Positions 28,401 through 37,822 of a DNA stretch of 64,000 nt are shown one piece after another. Location of the stretch: the NCBI GenBank assembly GCA_038874355.1, contig JAVZCO010000001.1, positions 434,159-498,158 on the forward strand. The letters are read 5' to 3'. The position numbers and the translations under genes were made by a program. Under the pieces are notes generated by a model, which had not been told where the DNA came from, made no database searches, and was given only the letters and a program-made list of their open reading frames with translations. This stretch comes from Candidatus Pacearchaeota archaeon. GTDB lineage: Archaea; Nanobdellota; Nanobdellia; Pacearchaeales; GW2011-AR1. Positions within the stretch are counted from its first letter, which is position 1. Each line of letters begins with the position of its first letter.

Positions 28401-28992
28401 TACTTCAAATCCTAATTTTAATTTTACAGAACTTTATAAATTAAAAGAAAAATTAAAAGAATGTGTTATATCTGGTGTTCCAGGAATAACACAAATATTA
28501 ATTGTAAAAAGAGATAAAAATTATGTTATCCTTACAGCAGGAACAAATCTTAAGAAAATATTAGAAATAAAAGGGATTAATAAAGAAAAAACAATAACAA
28601 ATAATATTTATGAAATAGAAGAGATATTTGGAATAGAAGCAGCAAGAAATGCTATAATAAATGAGATAAAAAAGGTTGTTAATAGTCAAGGACTAGATAT
28701 TGATGAGAGACATATAAAAATGGTAGCAGATGCAATGACTTACAAAGGAAGTATAAAAGGTACAACAAGATTGGGTATAATAAGTGAAAAATCAAGTATC
28801 TTAGCAAAAGCTTCATTTGAAACTCCTATAAAACATTTCGTTAATGCAACAATAAAAGGAAATAAAGATGAATTAGCAAGTGTAACAGAGAATATAATGT
28901 TAAATCAACCAGTACCTGTTGGAACAGGATTACCAGGATTATTGGTAAAAATTACAGGTTCTTTAGCTAAAGATAAACAGAAAGAAAAATAA
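25468..28992 (+). CDS. rpoA: DNA-directed RNA polymerase subunit A as a single ORF (A' and A'' fused)
   Basis: 1174 aa with no internal stop. N-terminal zinc clamp (CRTCGG...C), NADFDGDEMN active site, a bridge-helix region (RTPKSGYLYRRLANSLQD) and trigger loop GEPSTQMALNVFHFAGV all lie in one frame. Confidence 0.85.
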   Translation: MDTPIIKQIKNIQFKLLSPEEIKKIAAAKIITPELYDVDGYPVDGGLMDLRLGAIDPGVRCRTCGGTLKECLGHPGYIELARPVIHIDYIQIIEIILKSYCSFCGKFLLKEEDIKKHSLADRIKKAKNVKKCPYCQTEKEKIKLEKPTTFMLGKKRIFPNEIREILEKIPDEELKYVGINPNVFRPEWAVLTLLLIPPVTVRPSITLETGERSEDDLTHKISDIIRANQRLWENLNAGAPEVIIEDLWDLLQYHVTTFFNNNIAGIPPARHRSGQPLKTIEERIKGKEGRIRHNLTGKRVNFSSRSVISPDPFLKINEIGIPHEVAEIVTVPEMVNSLNINRLKEIIKNDSYPSANYVIRPDGKRKKITKELKEEILEELKEGYIVERHLQDGDIVLFNRQPSLHRPSIMAHIVRVLPYKTFRLHPAVCHPYNADFDGDEMNVHSPQTEEAKAEAKILLEVSKNLISPKNNVNLFGCAQDSITGNYLLTSEDEIERDVAMQLLYKSNKEEKISKKNLSGKEIFSKILPKINFETKTKSCLGDSCPYYDKCKKQNCPYNSYLKIENGNLISGLIDKNTFGLEDGTLIKILDKEVGREETIKTIEKIFRLGTGYLMKKGFSIGIEDLKINEEIEKANLSVIKEAEEKVNKYIEDYYNDTIELIPGKTKEESREIKIIQALNEVRTRIGKVVKEKFDKNSPVNIMILSGAGGNILNIVQVGCVIGQQSLWAKRIEIGYTNRTLSFFKKNDLSPKARGFIYSNYKKGLTPIEFFFGAMTGRDSLMDTALRTPKSGYLYRRLANSLQDFKIAYDLTVRDASDNIVQFEYGEDGKDVSLLHLNKKISPGEAIGLVTAQSFGEPSTQMALNVFHFAGVQEMQITTGLPRLIEIIDARKLPSTPQMEIYLENEFNNEKDARVIAEKIKEVKLKEIAKEIKINFSDKKIEIHLDKEKIKSIHSSIEKIIERINEKGFKVKLKEEVIYTSNPNFNFTELYKLKEKLKECVISGVPGITQILIVKRDKNYVILTAGTNLKKILEIKGINKEKTITNNIYEIEEIFGIEAARNAIINEIKKVVNSQGLDIDERHIKMVADAMTYKGSIKGTTRLGIISEKSSILAKASFETPIKHFVNATIKGNKDELASVTENIMLNQPVPVGTGLPGLLVKITGSLAKDKQKEK

Positions 28993-29007
28993 CTTTTCTA
29001 ATGCCAA

Positions 29008-29427
29008 ATGAAAACTACAATTGATATAAAAAAAATAAGATATTTAAATATTTTTGAAAAAATAACTAATGTTAGAAGTAAAGATTGTTTTTTTTATAAT
29101 AATATCGTTTTTTTTGTTATAAAACAAAAAGATTTATTTAAAGCTATAGGAAAAAATTCAAAAAATTTAAAAGAAATATCTAAAGTCATAGGTAAAAAAA
29201 TAAAAGTAATTCCTTATACATCAAAATTAAAAGATGCTCCTAAATTTATAAAACAATTAATAAGTCCTATAGAAATAAATAATATAATAATAGAAAATGG
29301 GATAATAAAAATTGAAGCTGGAAGTAGACAAAATAAAGCTATTTTGATTGGAAGAGAAAAAAAAAGATTAGAAGAAATGAAAGAAATAATAAAAAATTTT
29401 TTTGGTCTTGATTTACAAATAATTTAG
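29008..29427 (+). CDS. nusA: archaeal NusA-like KH-domain transcription factor
   Basis: 139 aa, KH-like GxxG region (ILIGREKKRL); its position after rpoA matches the archaeal operon. Confidence 0.6.
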   Translation: MKTTIDIKKIRYLNIFEKITNVRSKDCFFYNNIVFFVIKQKDLFKAIGKNSKNLKEISKVIGKKIKVIPYTSKLKDAPKFIKQLISPIEINNIIIENGIIKIEAGSRQNKAILIGREKKRLEEMKEIIKNFFGLDLQII

Positions 29428-29471
29428 GGAAAAAGTTTAAAAAGAAAGTTATTAACTTTTAATAAGTTAAG

Positions 29472-29894
29472 ATGGGATTAAAAAATGCTTTAAAATTAAT
29501 GAAGAGAAGAAAAAAATTTAGATGGCATGATAGAAATTATAAAGTCAGAACTCTAAATCTTTATAAAAAAGCAGATCCTTTAGAAGGAAAGAATCAAGCT
29601 AAAGGAATAGTTCTAGAAAAAGTACAAAAAGAAGCAAAACAGCCAAATTCTGCTATGAGAAAATGTGTTAAAGTTCAATTAATAAAAAATGGAAGAAATG
29701 TTATAGCTTTTGTTCCGGGAAATTTAGCTGTAAAATATATAGATGAACATGATGAAGTTATTGTTGAAAGAATAGGAGGTAAGCAAGGAAAGAGTAAAGG
29801 AGACATTCCAGGAGTTAGATTTAAAGTTATAAAAGTTAATGATCAACCTTTAAAACTTTTGTGGAAAGGTAAGATAGAAAAGGGTAGGAGATAA
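29472..29894 (+). CDS. rps12: 30S ribosomal protein S12 (uS12)
   Basis: [31 protein letters not shown]...[23 protein letters not shown] is a typical uS12. Confidence 0.9.
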   Translation: MGLKNALKLMKRRKKFRWHDRNYKVRTLNLYKKADPLEGKNQAKGIVLEKVQKEAKQPNSAMRKCVKVQLIKNGRNVIAFVPGNLAVKYIDEHDEVIVERIGGKQGKSKGDIPGVRFKVIKVNDQPLKLLWKGKIEKGRR

Positions 29895-29895
29895 A

Positions 29896-30144
29896 ATGAA
29901 AAAAGAAAATTTGATAAGTAGAATTGAAGGAGATAAATTGATTAATGAAATAAAAGAAAAATTGGAAAATGAAGAGGAAATTATTATAGAAGTTATTGGA
30001 AAAATGAAAGAAGCTAAAGAGATATACAAAAAAATTTTATTTAATTTTAAAAGTAACGAGTATAAAGTTTATTATTTAAATAATAATTCAAAAAATTATA
30101 AAAATATATTATATCATATAATAATAGGAAAAATAAAAAAATAA
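29896..30144 (+). CDS. small hypothetical protein (paralogous to the next ORF)
   Basis: 82 aa, starts MKKENL; shares the N-terminus and a central EEEI..E motif with the 30146 ORF. Confidence 0.35.
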   Translation: MKKENLISRIEGDKLINEIKEKLENEEEIIIEVIGKMKEAKEIYKKILFNFKSNEYKVYYLNNNSKNYKNILYHIIIGKIKK

Positions 30145-30145
30145 A

Positions 30146-30376
30146 ATGAAAAGAGAAAATTTAAATAAAAAATTAGAAGAAGCTTTAGGAATGATGAATA
30201 AAAGAGGATTTGCTTTTTGTATATTTGATGGAGAAGAAGAAATAAAAGAAATTCCAGAGTTTAATAAAATTGTTTCTGAATATTTTAATAAAATTGGAAA
30301 AGAATACATTATTGAAAATTTATCTGTTTTTAATAATTATAAAGTTATTGGAATAAAAATAAGAGGGGAAAAATGA
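30146..30376 (+). CDS. small hypothetical protein (paralogous to the previous ORF)
   Basis: 76 aa, starts MKRENL; sits in the tightly packed S12-S7 interval and overlaps the S7 start by 4 nt. Confidence 0.35.
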   Translation: MKRENLNKKLEEALGMMNKRGFAFCIFDGEEEIKEIPEFNKIVSEYFNKIGKEYIIENLSVFNNYKVIGIKIRGEK

Positions 30377-30963
30377 AAATATTCGACCTATATTCTACAG
30401 AAAATATCAAGGTGAATGATTCTGGGTTATCTAAATATATAAACTTAAAAGAAAAATTAGTTGTAAAAACTCATGGTAGAAAAAAAAGAAGATTTGAAAA
30501 GGCAGAAGTTAATATAATTGAGAGATTAATAAATTTATTATGTGTTCCTGGTCATAGAGGAAAAAAACATAAAATTCAAACTTCATGGGCATCTGGAAAG
30601 TACGAAAAGAATGCAAAAGTTGTTTTAAATGCTTTTAGGATAATAGAAGAAAAAACTAAACAAAATCCAATACAAATTTTAATTAAAGCAATAGAAAATT
30701 CTGCTCCTTGTGACGAAGTAACTACAATAGAGTATGGTGGTGCCAGATATCCTGTAGCAGTAGATGTTTCTCCTTATAGAAGATTAAGTTTAGCCTTAAG
30801 AAATATAGTTCACGGAGCTTATGATAAATCTTTCAATAAGAAAAAAAATTTAGCAGAAGGATTAGCAGATGAAATAATAGCAGCTTCTCAAGGAATAATA
30901 CAAGAAAGTTTTGCTGTACAAAAGAAAAATGATTTAGAAAAGCAAGCAGATTCCGCAAGATAA
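30373..30963 (+). CDS. rps7: 30S ribosomal protein S7 (uS7)
   Basis: ERLINLLCVPGHRGKKHKIQTS...ILIKAIENSAPCDEVTTIEYGGARYPVAVDVSPYRRLSLALRNIV is a typical archaeal uS7. Confidence 0.9.
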   Translation: MKIFDLYSTENIKVNDSGLSKYINLKEKLVVKTHGRKKRRFEKAEVNIIERLINLLCVPGHRGKKHKIQTSWASGKYEKNAKVVLNAFRIIEEKTKQNPIQILIKAIENSAPCDEVTTIEYGGARYPVAVDVSPYRRLSLALRNIVHGAYDKSFNKKKNLAEGLADEIIAASQGIIQESFAVQKKNDLEKQADSAR

Positions 30964-31019
30964 TTCTTCTATTAAAAATTAGATAAATTTAAAAATAATA
31001 AAATTTAACAAACTAAAAA

Positions 31020-33209
31020 ATGGTAGAAAAAGAAACTCAGTTAGAAAAAATAAAAAGATTAAGTAAAGAAAGGAAAAATATTAGAAATATTGCTACTTCT
31101 GCCCATATACATCATGGTAAAACTGCTTTAACTGATAATTTATTAGCTGCTAGCGGTTATATGGCTGCTAAAAATGCGGGTGATTTAGAAGCAGGAATGG
31201 CTACTTGGCAACATGCGGACGAACAAGAAAGACTTTTAACAGTAGATGCTGCAAATGTTTCTATGGTTCATGAATATCAAGGTCAAGAATATCTTATTAA
31301 TTTAATTGATACTCCAGGTCATGTAGATTTTTCTGGTAATGTTACAAGAGCTATGAGAGCTATAGATGGTACAATAGTATTAGTTTGTGCAGTTGAGGGT
31401 ATTATGCCACAGACAGAAACTGTAATAAGACAGGCTCTTAGAGAAAGAGTTAAGCCAATTTTGTTTATAAATAAAGTAGATAGAATGATAAAGGAATTAA
31501 AATTAACACCAGAACAAATGCAAGAAAGATTTATTAAAATAGTAATTAATTTTAATGAATTGATAAAAAAGATTGCAGAAGAGGAGTATAAAAATAAATG
31601 GCAAGTTAATATAGCAGAAGGAAGTGTCGCTTTTGGTTCTGCAAGAGATAATTGGGCTTTGTCAGTTCCTTTTATGAAAAAGAAGGGAATAACATTTAAA
31701 GAAATTTCAAAGATATATGAAATGAAAGAAGAAGAAAGAAAAGAATGGTGCTGGAAAAATGCTCCTTTATACGAAGTTTTATTAGATATGGTAGTTAAAC
31801 ATTTGCCAAATCCAGAAGAAGCACAAAAATATAGAATACCAAAAATATGGCATGGTGATATAGAAAGTGATTTTGGTAAAGGTCTTTTAAATTGTGATCC
31901 TAATGCAAAACCGGCCTTTGTTATTACAAGAGTAGTTATTGATCCAAAATCAGGAAAAGAAGTTGCAGCCGGAAGATTATTTTCAGGAAAATTACAAGTT
32001 GGACAAGAAGTTTATTTAAATTTAGCAAAACAAAAACAAAGAATACAACAACTTTTAATATACAATGGAATAAAACCAGAACAAATTGAAGAAGTAGAAT
32101 GTGGTAATGTTATTGCAATAGCAGGAATAACAGGAGAAGCCGGAGAAACAATAACTTTAGATAAAGAAACGCCATTTGAAGAATTGAAGCATATTTTTGA
32201 ACCAGTAATAACAAAAGCAATAGAAGTAAAAAAGCCTTCTGATTTACCAAAATTAATTGATGTTTTAAGAAAAGTAGCAAAAGAAGATCCTTCAATAAAA
32301 GTACAAATTAATGAAGAAACAGGAGAAAATTTAATTTCAGGGATGGGAGAACTCCATTTAGAAATTATTGAAAATAGAATAAAAACAGAAAAAGGAGTTG
32401 ATGTTAAAACATCTAATCCTATAGTAGTTTTTAGAGAAACTGTAATAAAAAAATCTCAAGCTTTTGAAGGAAGATCTCCTAACAAACATAATTCTTTTTT
32501 TATTACAGCAGAACCTTTAGAAGATAATGTTTATGAAGCTATAAAATCAGGAGAGTTGCCAGAAGTAAGAATAAAAAAGAGAGACGATAATATAGTAAAT
32601 AAATTAAGAGAACTTGGAGTTGATAATGAAGAAATAAGACAATATAGAGATATATATAAAGGAAATGTTTTTCTTGATAAAACGAAGGGAGAGGTTCATA
32701 TAGGAGAAGTGATAGAATTAGTTTTAGATGCATTCGAACAAGTTTGTGATGCCGGTCCATTATCAAGAGAACCTTGCACAAAAATGAAAATATCTCTTGT
32801 AGACATAAGATTACATGAAGATGCTATCCATAGAGGACCTGCGCAAGTTTATCCAGCAGTAAGAGATGCTATTTATTCTGCTATGAGAGATGGGGCTGCT
32901 TGTTTATTAGAACCAATTCAAATTTATTTGATTGAAGCTCCAACAGAATTTTTATCTTCTCTTACAGGTTTAATTAATTCTAAAAGAGGACAACTATTAG
33001 AAGTAAACCAAGATGAATCTGGTGTTTCAATAAAAGCAAAAATACCGGTAGCAGAAATGATTGGATGGAGCAATGATTTAAGATCTGCAACAGAAGGAAG
33101 AGGTGTTGCGTCATTATGTGATCAAAAATTTGAAAAAGTTCCTACTGCATTACAATTAGAATACATAAAACAAATAAGAAATAGAAAAGGATTAAGTGAA
33201 AATCAATAA
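31020..33209 (+). CDS. fusA: translation elongation factor 2 (aEF-2)
   Basis: IRNIATSAHIHHGKTALTDNLL G1 motif, DTPGHVDF, NKVDR, and the diphthamide-region context ...HEDAIHRGPAQ. Confidence 0.9.
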   Translation: MVEKETQLEKIKRLSKERKNIRNIATSAHIHHGKTALTDNLLAASGYMAAKNAGDLEAGMATWQHADEQERLLTVDAANVSMVHEYQGQEYLINLIDTPGHVDFSGNVTRAMRAIDGTIVLVCAVEGIMPQTETVIRQALRERVKPILFINKVDRMIKELKLTPEQMQERFIKIVINFNELIKKIAEEEYKNKWQVNIAEGSVAFGSARDNWALSVPFMKKKGITFKEISKIYEMKEEERKEWCWKNAPLYEVLLDMVVKHLPNPEEAQKYRIPKIWHGDIESDFGKGLLNCDPNAKPAFVITRVVIDPKSGKEVAAGRLFSGKLQVGQEVYLNLAKQKQRIQQLLIYNGIKPEQIEEVECGNVIAIAGITGEAGETITLDKETPFEELKHIFEPVITKAIEVKKPSDLPKLIDVLRKVAKEDPSIKVQINEETGENLISGMGELHLEIIENRIKTEKGVDVKTSNPIVVFRETVIKKSQAFEGRSPNKHNSFFITAEPLEDNVYEAIKSGELPEVRIKKRDDNIVNKLRELGVDNEEIRQYRDIYKGNVFLDKTKGEVHIGEVIELVLDAFEQVCDAGPLSREPCTKMKISLVDIRLHEDAIHRGPAQVYPAVRDAIYSAMRDGAACLLEPIQIYLIEAPTEFLSSLTGLINSKRGQLLEVNQDESGVSIKAKIPVAEMIGWSNDLRSATEGRGVASLCDQKFEKVPTALQLEYIKQIRNRKGLSENQ

Positions 33210-33244
33210 AATTAAAATAATAAATGCGAAATTAGAAAATTTAG

Positions 33245-33520
33245 AAAAAATTCTTTTTTTATTAAATCAATTGAGCCCGTTAAAAGAAAGAGAGATAAAT
33301 AAAAATTAAAGAATATTTTTAATAAAATTACTACAGATAAAAATTATGTTCTTGTTATTTATGAAGAAGGGAAAAAATTATTAGGAACAGCAACTTTGCT
33401 TATTCAATTAAATTTATCTCGTTCTGAAAAACTATACGGAAATATAAAGAATATTGTTGTTTATAAAAATTTAAGAAAGATAGAGATAAGAAAAGAGATG
33501 AAACAGGAGAAATTAAGATG
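33245..33520 (+). pseudogene. GNAT N-acetyltransferase remnant with an in-frame stop and no start codon
   Basis: The frame reads ...LNQLSPLKEREINKN*RIFLIKLLQIKNYVLVIYEEGKKLLGTATLLIQLNLSRSEKLYGNIKNIVVYKNLRKIEIRKEM..., which carries GNAT motif A/B features, but it is interrupted by TAA at 33307-33309. Confidence 0.4.
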
Positions 33521-33529
33521 AGATTAAAT

Positions 33530-34207
33530 TTATTTTACTAATTTTTTTCTTACATAGTTTACAATCCTTCTATCTACTTCTAATAAAGAGCCTTTTCTTG
33601 GTAAACTGTATTTATAAATTAAAGAATTATAAATTTTAAATATCTTCTGAAAAAAATCTAATTCATCTTTTGGTTGTAATATATACATTGATTTTTTATT
33701 AAAATTTTTTTGAGTAAAATATCTTACAATATATTGTTGATCTATAATAGGAGATAGATTGGGAAGTAAAAAGTGAAGTAATTTTGAATTTGCAACTAAT
33801 TTTGTTTTATTATCTAAAACTTGAATATTTTGAAATATTTCAGATAACGAGAATAGCGCTTTTATAGATTTAGGATTTCCTACTTCATACGAACTTAAAA
33901 TTTTTATCAATCCCGAAAATTTATTTATTTGTTCTATAAATTCTTCAAAATCTTTCATTTTTGGTCCTCTTCTACCCATTTTATCCAAACCCCAGGATGA
34001 TAGGCAAGAATAACAATCTTTAAGAAAATTTCTGCTTTTTAATAAATCTTCAATACAATAATTTTTATGAGCACTAATAATTTCTTCATAAAAAAATTTA
34101 CTTGGACCTTTATCCCAATAAGGATTTCTATCTTTAAATTCTTCATTAAAATTTTTTATTAAAAAAAATGCTCTTTCATTAATTAACTCTTTAGTTTTTA
34201 ATTGCAT
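33530..34207 (-). CDS. hypothetical protein inserted between the EF-2 and EF-1alpha genes
   Basis: 225 aa on the strand opposite the flanking translation genes; no motif recognised. Confidence 0.4.
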   Translation of the reverse strand: MQLKTKELINERAFFLIKNFNEEFKDRNPYWDKGPSKFFYEEIISAHKNYCIEDLLKSRNFLKDCYSCLSSWGLDKMGRRGPKMKDFEEFIEQINKFSGLIKILSSYEVGNPKSIKALFSLSEIFQNIQVLDNKTKLVANSKLLHFLLPNLSPIIDQQYIVRYFTQKNFNKKSMYILQPKDELDFFQKIFKIYNSLIYKYSLPRKGSLLEVDRRIVNYVRKKLVK

Positions 34208-34331
34208 TTTAATCTAATGCTAATTGTTTAAAAAATCTTAAACTAAGTCTATATAAAAAATTTTCTAAAAAATCGAAACCTTTTTAAATATCATCTATTA
34301 TTAAGTTTTATTAAAATTAAATAAATATAAA

Positions 34332-35615
34332 ATGGCACACGAAAAACCAAATTTAAATGTTGTTTTTGTAGGACATGTTGATCATGGTAAATCAACATGT
34401 ATAGGAAGACTTATGTATGATTCTGGATTAATACCAGAACAAGAAATGCAAAAATTGAAGGAAGAGGCAGCAAAACATGGAAAAATTGGTTTTGAATTTG
34501 CTTTTGTTATGGATAAAGTTAAAGAAGAAAGAGAAAGAGGAGTTACAATTGATCTTGCTTACAAAAAATTAATAACACAAAAATATCAAATAACAATAAT
34601 TGATGCACCAGGACATAAAGATTTTGTTAAAAATATGATTACAGGTGCAAGTCAAGCAGATGCAGCTTTTCTTGTTGTAGCTTGTCAACATGGAATTATG
34701 CCACAAACAAAAGAACATCTTTGGCTTTTAAGAACAATGGGAGTAGAACAAATTGCAGTTATAATAAACCAAATGGACAGTGTTAACTATGATGAAGCAA
34801 AATATAATAAATTAAAACAAGATTTAACAGTTCTTTTAAAGACAGTAGGAATAAATGCAGACAAAGTTAATTTTATTGCTGCGAGTGGTTTGAAAGGAGA
34901 TAATATAGTAAAGAAATCATCAAATATGCCTTGGTATAAAGGACCTACTGTTTTAGAACAATTTGATTTATTTACAGAACCTCAAAAACCTGTTGATTTA
35001 CCTTTAAGAATGCCTATACAAGATGTTTATGAAATAACAGGAATAGGAACAGTTCCTGTAGGAAAAATAGAGACAGGAAAAATGAAACCAGGACAAAAAG
35101 TAATAATTTTACCTGGTAGAACAGGAAAAGGAATTGCAGGAGAGATAAAAACAATAGAAATGCATCATGAACAATTACCAGAAGCTATTGCAGGAGATAA
35201 TGTTGGTATTAATATAAGAGGAGTTGGAAAAAAGGATGTTGCAAGAGGAGATGTAATTTGTGATGCAAATTCTCCAGCTCCTGTAGTAGAGGAATTTATA
35301 GCACAAATTGTTGTTATTAATCATCCAACAGTTATTGCAAAAGGATATACTCCTGTTTTCCATGTACATACAGCACAAGTTCCTTGTAGATTTATTGAAA
35401 TACAGAAAAAAATGGATCCTAAAACAGGGCAAGTTATACAGGAAAATCCAGATTATATAAAAAATGGAGATGTAGCGATTGTAAAAATAAAACCTCAAGG
35501 TAATCTTGTATTAGAAAAACAAAAAGATAATCCTCATATGGCAAGATTTGCAATAAGAGATGCAGGAGCAACAGTTGCTGCTGGTGTTTGTATAGATCTT
35601 GTTCCTAAAAAATAA
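34332..35615 (+). CDS. tuf: translation elongation factor 1-alpha (aEF-1A)
   Basis: [26 protein letters not shown] and C-terminal beta-barrel domains; 427 aa. Confidence 0.9.
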   Translation: MAHEKPNLNVVFVGHVDHGKSTCIGRLMYDSGLIPEQEMQKLKEEAAKHGKIGFEFAFVMDKVKEERERGVTIDLAYKKLITQKYQITIIDAPGHKDFVKNMITGASQADAAFLVVACQHGIMPQTKEHLWLLRTMGVEQIAVIINQMDSVNYDEAKYNKLKQDLTVLLKTVGINADKVNFIAASGLKGDNIVKKSSNMPWYKGPTVLEQFDLFTEPQKPVDLPLRMPIQDVYEITGIGTVPVGKIETGKMKPGQKVIILPGRTGKGIAGEIKTIEMHHEQLPEAIAGDNVGINIRGVGKKDVARGDVICDANSPAPVVEEFIAQIVVINHPTVIAKGYTPVFHVHTAQVPCRFIEIQKKMDPKTGQVIQENPDYIKNGDVAIVKIKPQGNLVLEKQKDNPHMARFAIRDAGATVAAGVCIDLVPKK

Positions 35616-35756
35616 TTTTAATCTTTTATTTTTTATATAAAAATATGTCCTACAAATAGAATTGTTTTTATTATTTTATTTTTTATTCTTTTATATTTTT
35701 ATTTTATGTTTTTAAATTATAGCAAAATTTAAAAATAGCATTTTTGTATAAAGAAT

Positions 35757-36299
35757 ATGATTACTATACAAGAAATTGATGAAAAATTAAAAACTATGAG
35801 TGATTTTTTGAAATTAGAATATTTAGAAGAAATAAGTAAAAAACAAAATTCCCTTGAAGTCAATAAATATGTAAGAAAAAAGTTAGCAGAATTATATGCT
35901 AATAAAGGAATGTATAGTAATGCTGCTAGACATTACGAAGTTTTAGCTGAACTTTCTGTTACATTTAAAGAAAAAATTGAGGCATATTTAAAAGAAGTAG
36001 AAATGTGGATAAAAGCTTCAGATTATGTTACCGCAGATGATATATTAAAGAGAGCTTTATCTAATGCAAATTCTTCTGAAAAAGAAAAAATAAAAAAAAC
36101 AGTTAAAGAAATGTATAAAAATCAAGCTTTGTTTTATGAAAAAAGAAATGAAAGGAATAAAGCATTAAAAATTTACGAAAAACTTTATAGTATAGAAACA
36201 GATTCTAATGAAAAAGAACTTTTAAAAAATAAGTTATTAGAACTTTACGAAAAAACAGGAAAAGTTAGAGAATATATGAGTTTAAAAGAGAAGAAATAA
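35757..36299 (+). CDS. hypothetical alpha-helical (TPR-like) protein
   Basis: 180 aa, helical repeat-like composition, no catalytic motif. Confidence 0.3.
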   Translation: MITIQEIDEKLKTMSDFLKLEYLEEISKKQNSLEVNKYVRKKLAELYANKGMYSNAARHYEVLAELSVTFKEKIEAYLKEVEMWIKASDYVTADDILKRALSNANSSEKEKIKKTVKEMYKNQALFYEKRNERNKALKIYEKLYSIETDSNEKELLKNKLLELYEKTGKVREYMSLKEKK

Positions 36300-36387
36300 A
36301 AAATTCTTTTTTAAATTTTATTTAGAGAAAAGGAGAAAAAATATCTTTGAATTCTTTATAACCTTTTTAATTTAAAAAACCATTTTT

Positions 36388-36403
36388 GGAAAGATTTATA
36401 AAC
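36388..36403 (+). promoter_or_regulatory. BRE/TATA-like motif gGAAAGATTTATAAAc, about 180 nt upstream of dnaG
   Basis: Member of the recurring cGAAAGATTTATAAA motif family. Its long distance to the ATG lowers confidence that it serves dnaG. Confidence 0.3.
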
Positions 36404-36579
36404 ATATATACTTAGTTAATATAAGAATAAATATTAGAACATAATAGTGTATTAATTTTTATTAATAGTATTAATTTTAATTTATCATGCTTTTTTTGAA
36501 ATGAGAAAAAAATGAATTAATTATTTGTAAGTTCTAATATTTATTCTTATAAAATTAAAATAAAGTGAGGTAATGTAAA

Positions 36580-37785
36580 ATGGCAAAAATAAGTCCAGTT
36601 TCAATAAAGTATATGATTTATGCTAAATTTGAAGCAGAAGGAGCTTTAGATAAACCAGATGTAATCGGAGCCTTATTTGGACAAACAGAAGGTTTATTAG
36701 GAAAAGATTTAGAATTAAGAGAACTACAAAAAGAAGGAAAAATAGGAAGAATAGAAGTTGATTTATCTAATCAAGATGGAAAAACCATAGGTAAAATTGA
36801 AATACCATCAGCCTTAGATAAAACAGAAACAACTTTAATTGCAGCTGCTATTGAAACAATAGAAAGAATTGGTCCAACAATTGCTTCAATAAAAGTAGAA
36901 AAAATTGAAGATGTAAGGCAAAATAAAAGAGAATACATTTTAGAAAGAGCAAAATCATTATTAGAAGAATTAGAAAAAAGTTCTATTCATTCAAAAGAAA
37001 TAAAAGAAAAAGTTAATATTGAAAAACAAATTTCTAAATTAAAAGAGTATGGAGAAGAAAAATTACCAGCTGGAGATCTTTCTGGAGAAGAAATAATTGT
37101 TGTTGAAGGTAGAGCAGATGTAATCAATTTATTAAAAAATGGGATAGAAAATGTTATTGGAATGAATGGAACTAAACTTCCAAAAGAAATAAAAAATTTA
37201 GGAGAAGAAAAAATTTTAACTTTGTTTTTAGATGGTGATAGAGGAGGTTATTTAATAGCAAAAAACGCTATAGAAAATGCGAATATCGATTATATTACAT
37301 TTGCTCCAGATGGAAAAGAAGTTGAACAATTAACAGATAAAGAAATCTTACAATCTTTAAGAAAGAAAATCCCTTGTGAAGAATTTATTTCTAAAATAAA
37401 ATCTTTAGAAAGAAAAAGCCCTATTCCAAAAAGGGCTTTTTCTAAAATTTTTGAAAAAAAAAGAGATAATAAAAAAAATGAAAAAATAGAAGAAGAAAAT
37501 TTATTTAAAAAAATTGAAGAAAATAAAGAAAAATTAAAACAATTATTAAGAAAGATATCAAAATCTAATAATATTATTTTGTTAGATTATGATTTGAATA
37601 TTATTAAAAAAATCAATTCTAAAAAATTATATTCATCATTAAAAAATTATAAGAAAGAAGTAGCAATATTAATGATTGATAAAGCAACACGAAAGATAAT
37701 AGAAACTGCAGAAAATTTTAATATAGGTACAATAATTGCTAATAATTTTACAGGAACTGGAAATATAAATTTGTTAAGTTTTTGA
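36580..37785 (+). CDS. dnaG: archaeal DnaG-type primase / Toprim-domain protein
   Basis: N-terminus KISPVSIKYMIYAKFEAEGALDKPDVIGALFGQTEGLLG is characteristic of archaeal DnaG. Toprim motifs VEGRADVINL and FLDGDRGG are present. A gtgaggt Shine-Dalgarno sequence precedes the ATG. Confidence 0.7.
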   Translation: MAKISPVSIKYMIYAKFEAEGALDKPDVIGALFGQTEGLLGKDLELRELQKEGKIGRIEVDLSNQDGKTIGKIEIPSALDKTETTLIAAAIETIERIGPTIASIKVEKIEDVRQNKREYILERAKSLLEELEKSSIHSKEIKEKVNIEKQISKLKEYGEEKLPAGDLSGEEIIVVEGRADVINLLKNGIENVIGMNGTKLPKEIKNLGEEKILTLFLDGDRGGYLIAKNAIENANIDYITFAPDGKEVEQLTDKEILQSLRKKIPCEEFISKIKSLERKSPIPKRAFSKIFEKKRDNKKNEKIEEENLFKKIEENKEKLKQLLRKISKSNNIILLDYDLNIIKKINSKKLYSSLKNYKKEVAILMIDKATRKIIETAENFNIGTIIANNFTGTGNINLLSF

Positions 37786-37822
37786 TAAAAAAATTTATAA
37801 ACTTAAATAGTATTTTTCTTTT

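Noticed and set aside
25468-28992. Possible missed split of rpoA into A' and A''
   Set aside because: The 1174-aa frame was read through the region where the archaeal split normally lies, between the bridge helix and the trigger loop. There is no stop codon or frame change, so it is treated as genuinely fused. This remains subject to read-level verification.
36404-36579. Unannotated small gene or ncRNA between the promoter-like motif at 36388 and dnaG
   Set aside because: There is no ORF of useful length, no GC-rich structured segment, and an ordinary Shine-Dalgarno sequence directly before dnaG. It is most simply a long 5' leader or an unrelated motif occurrence.
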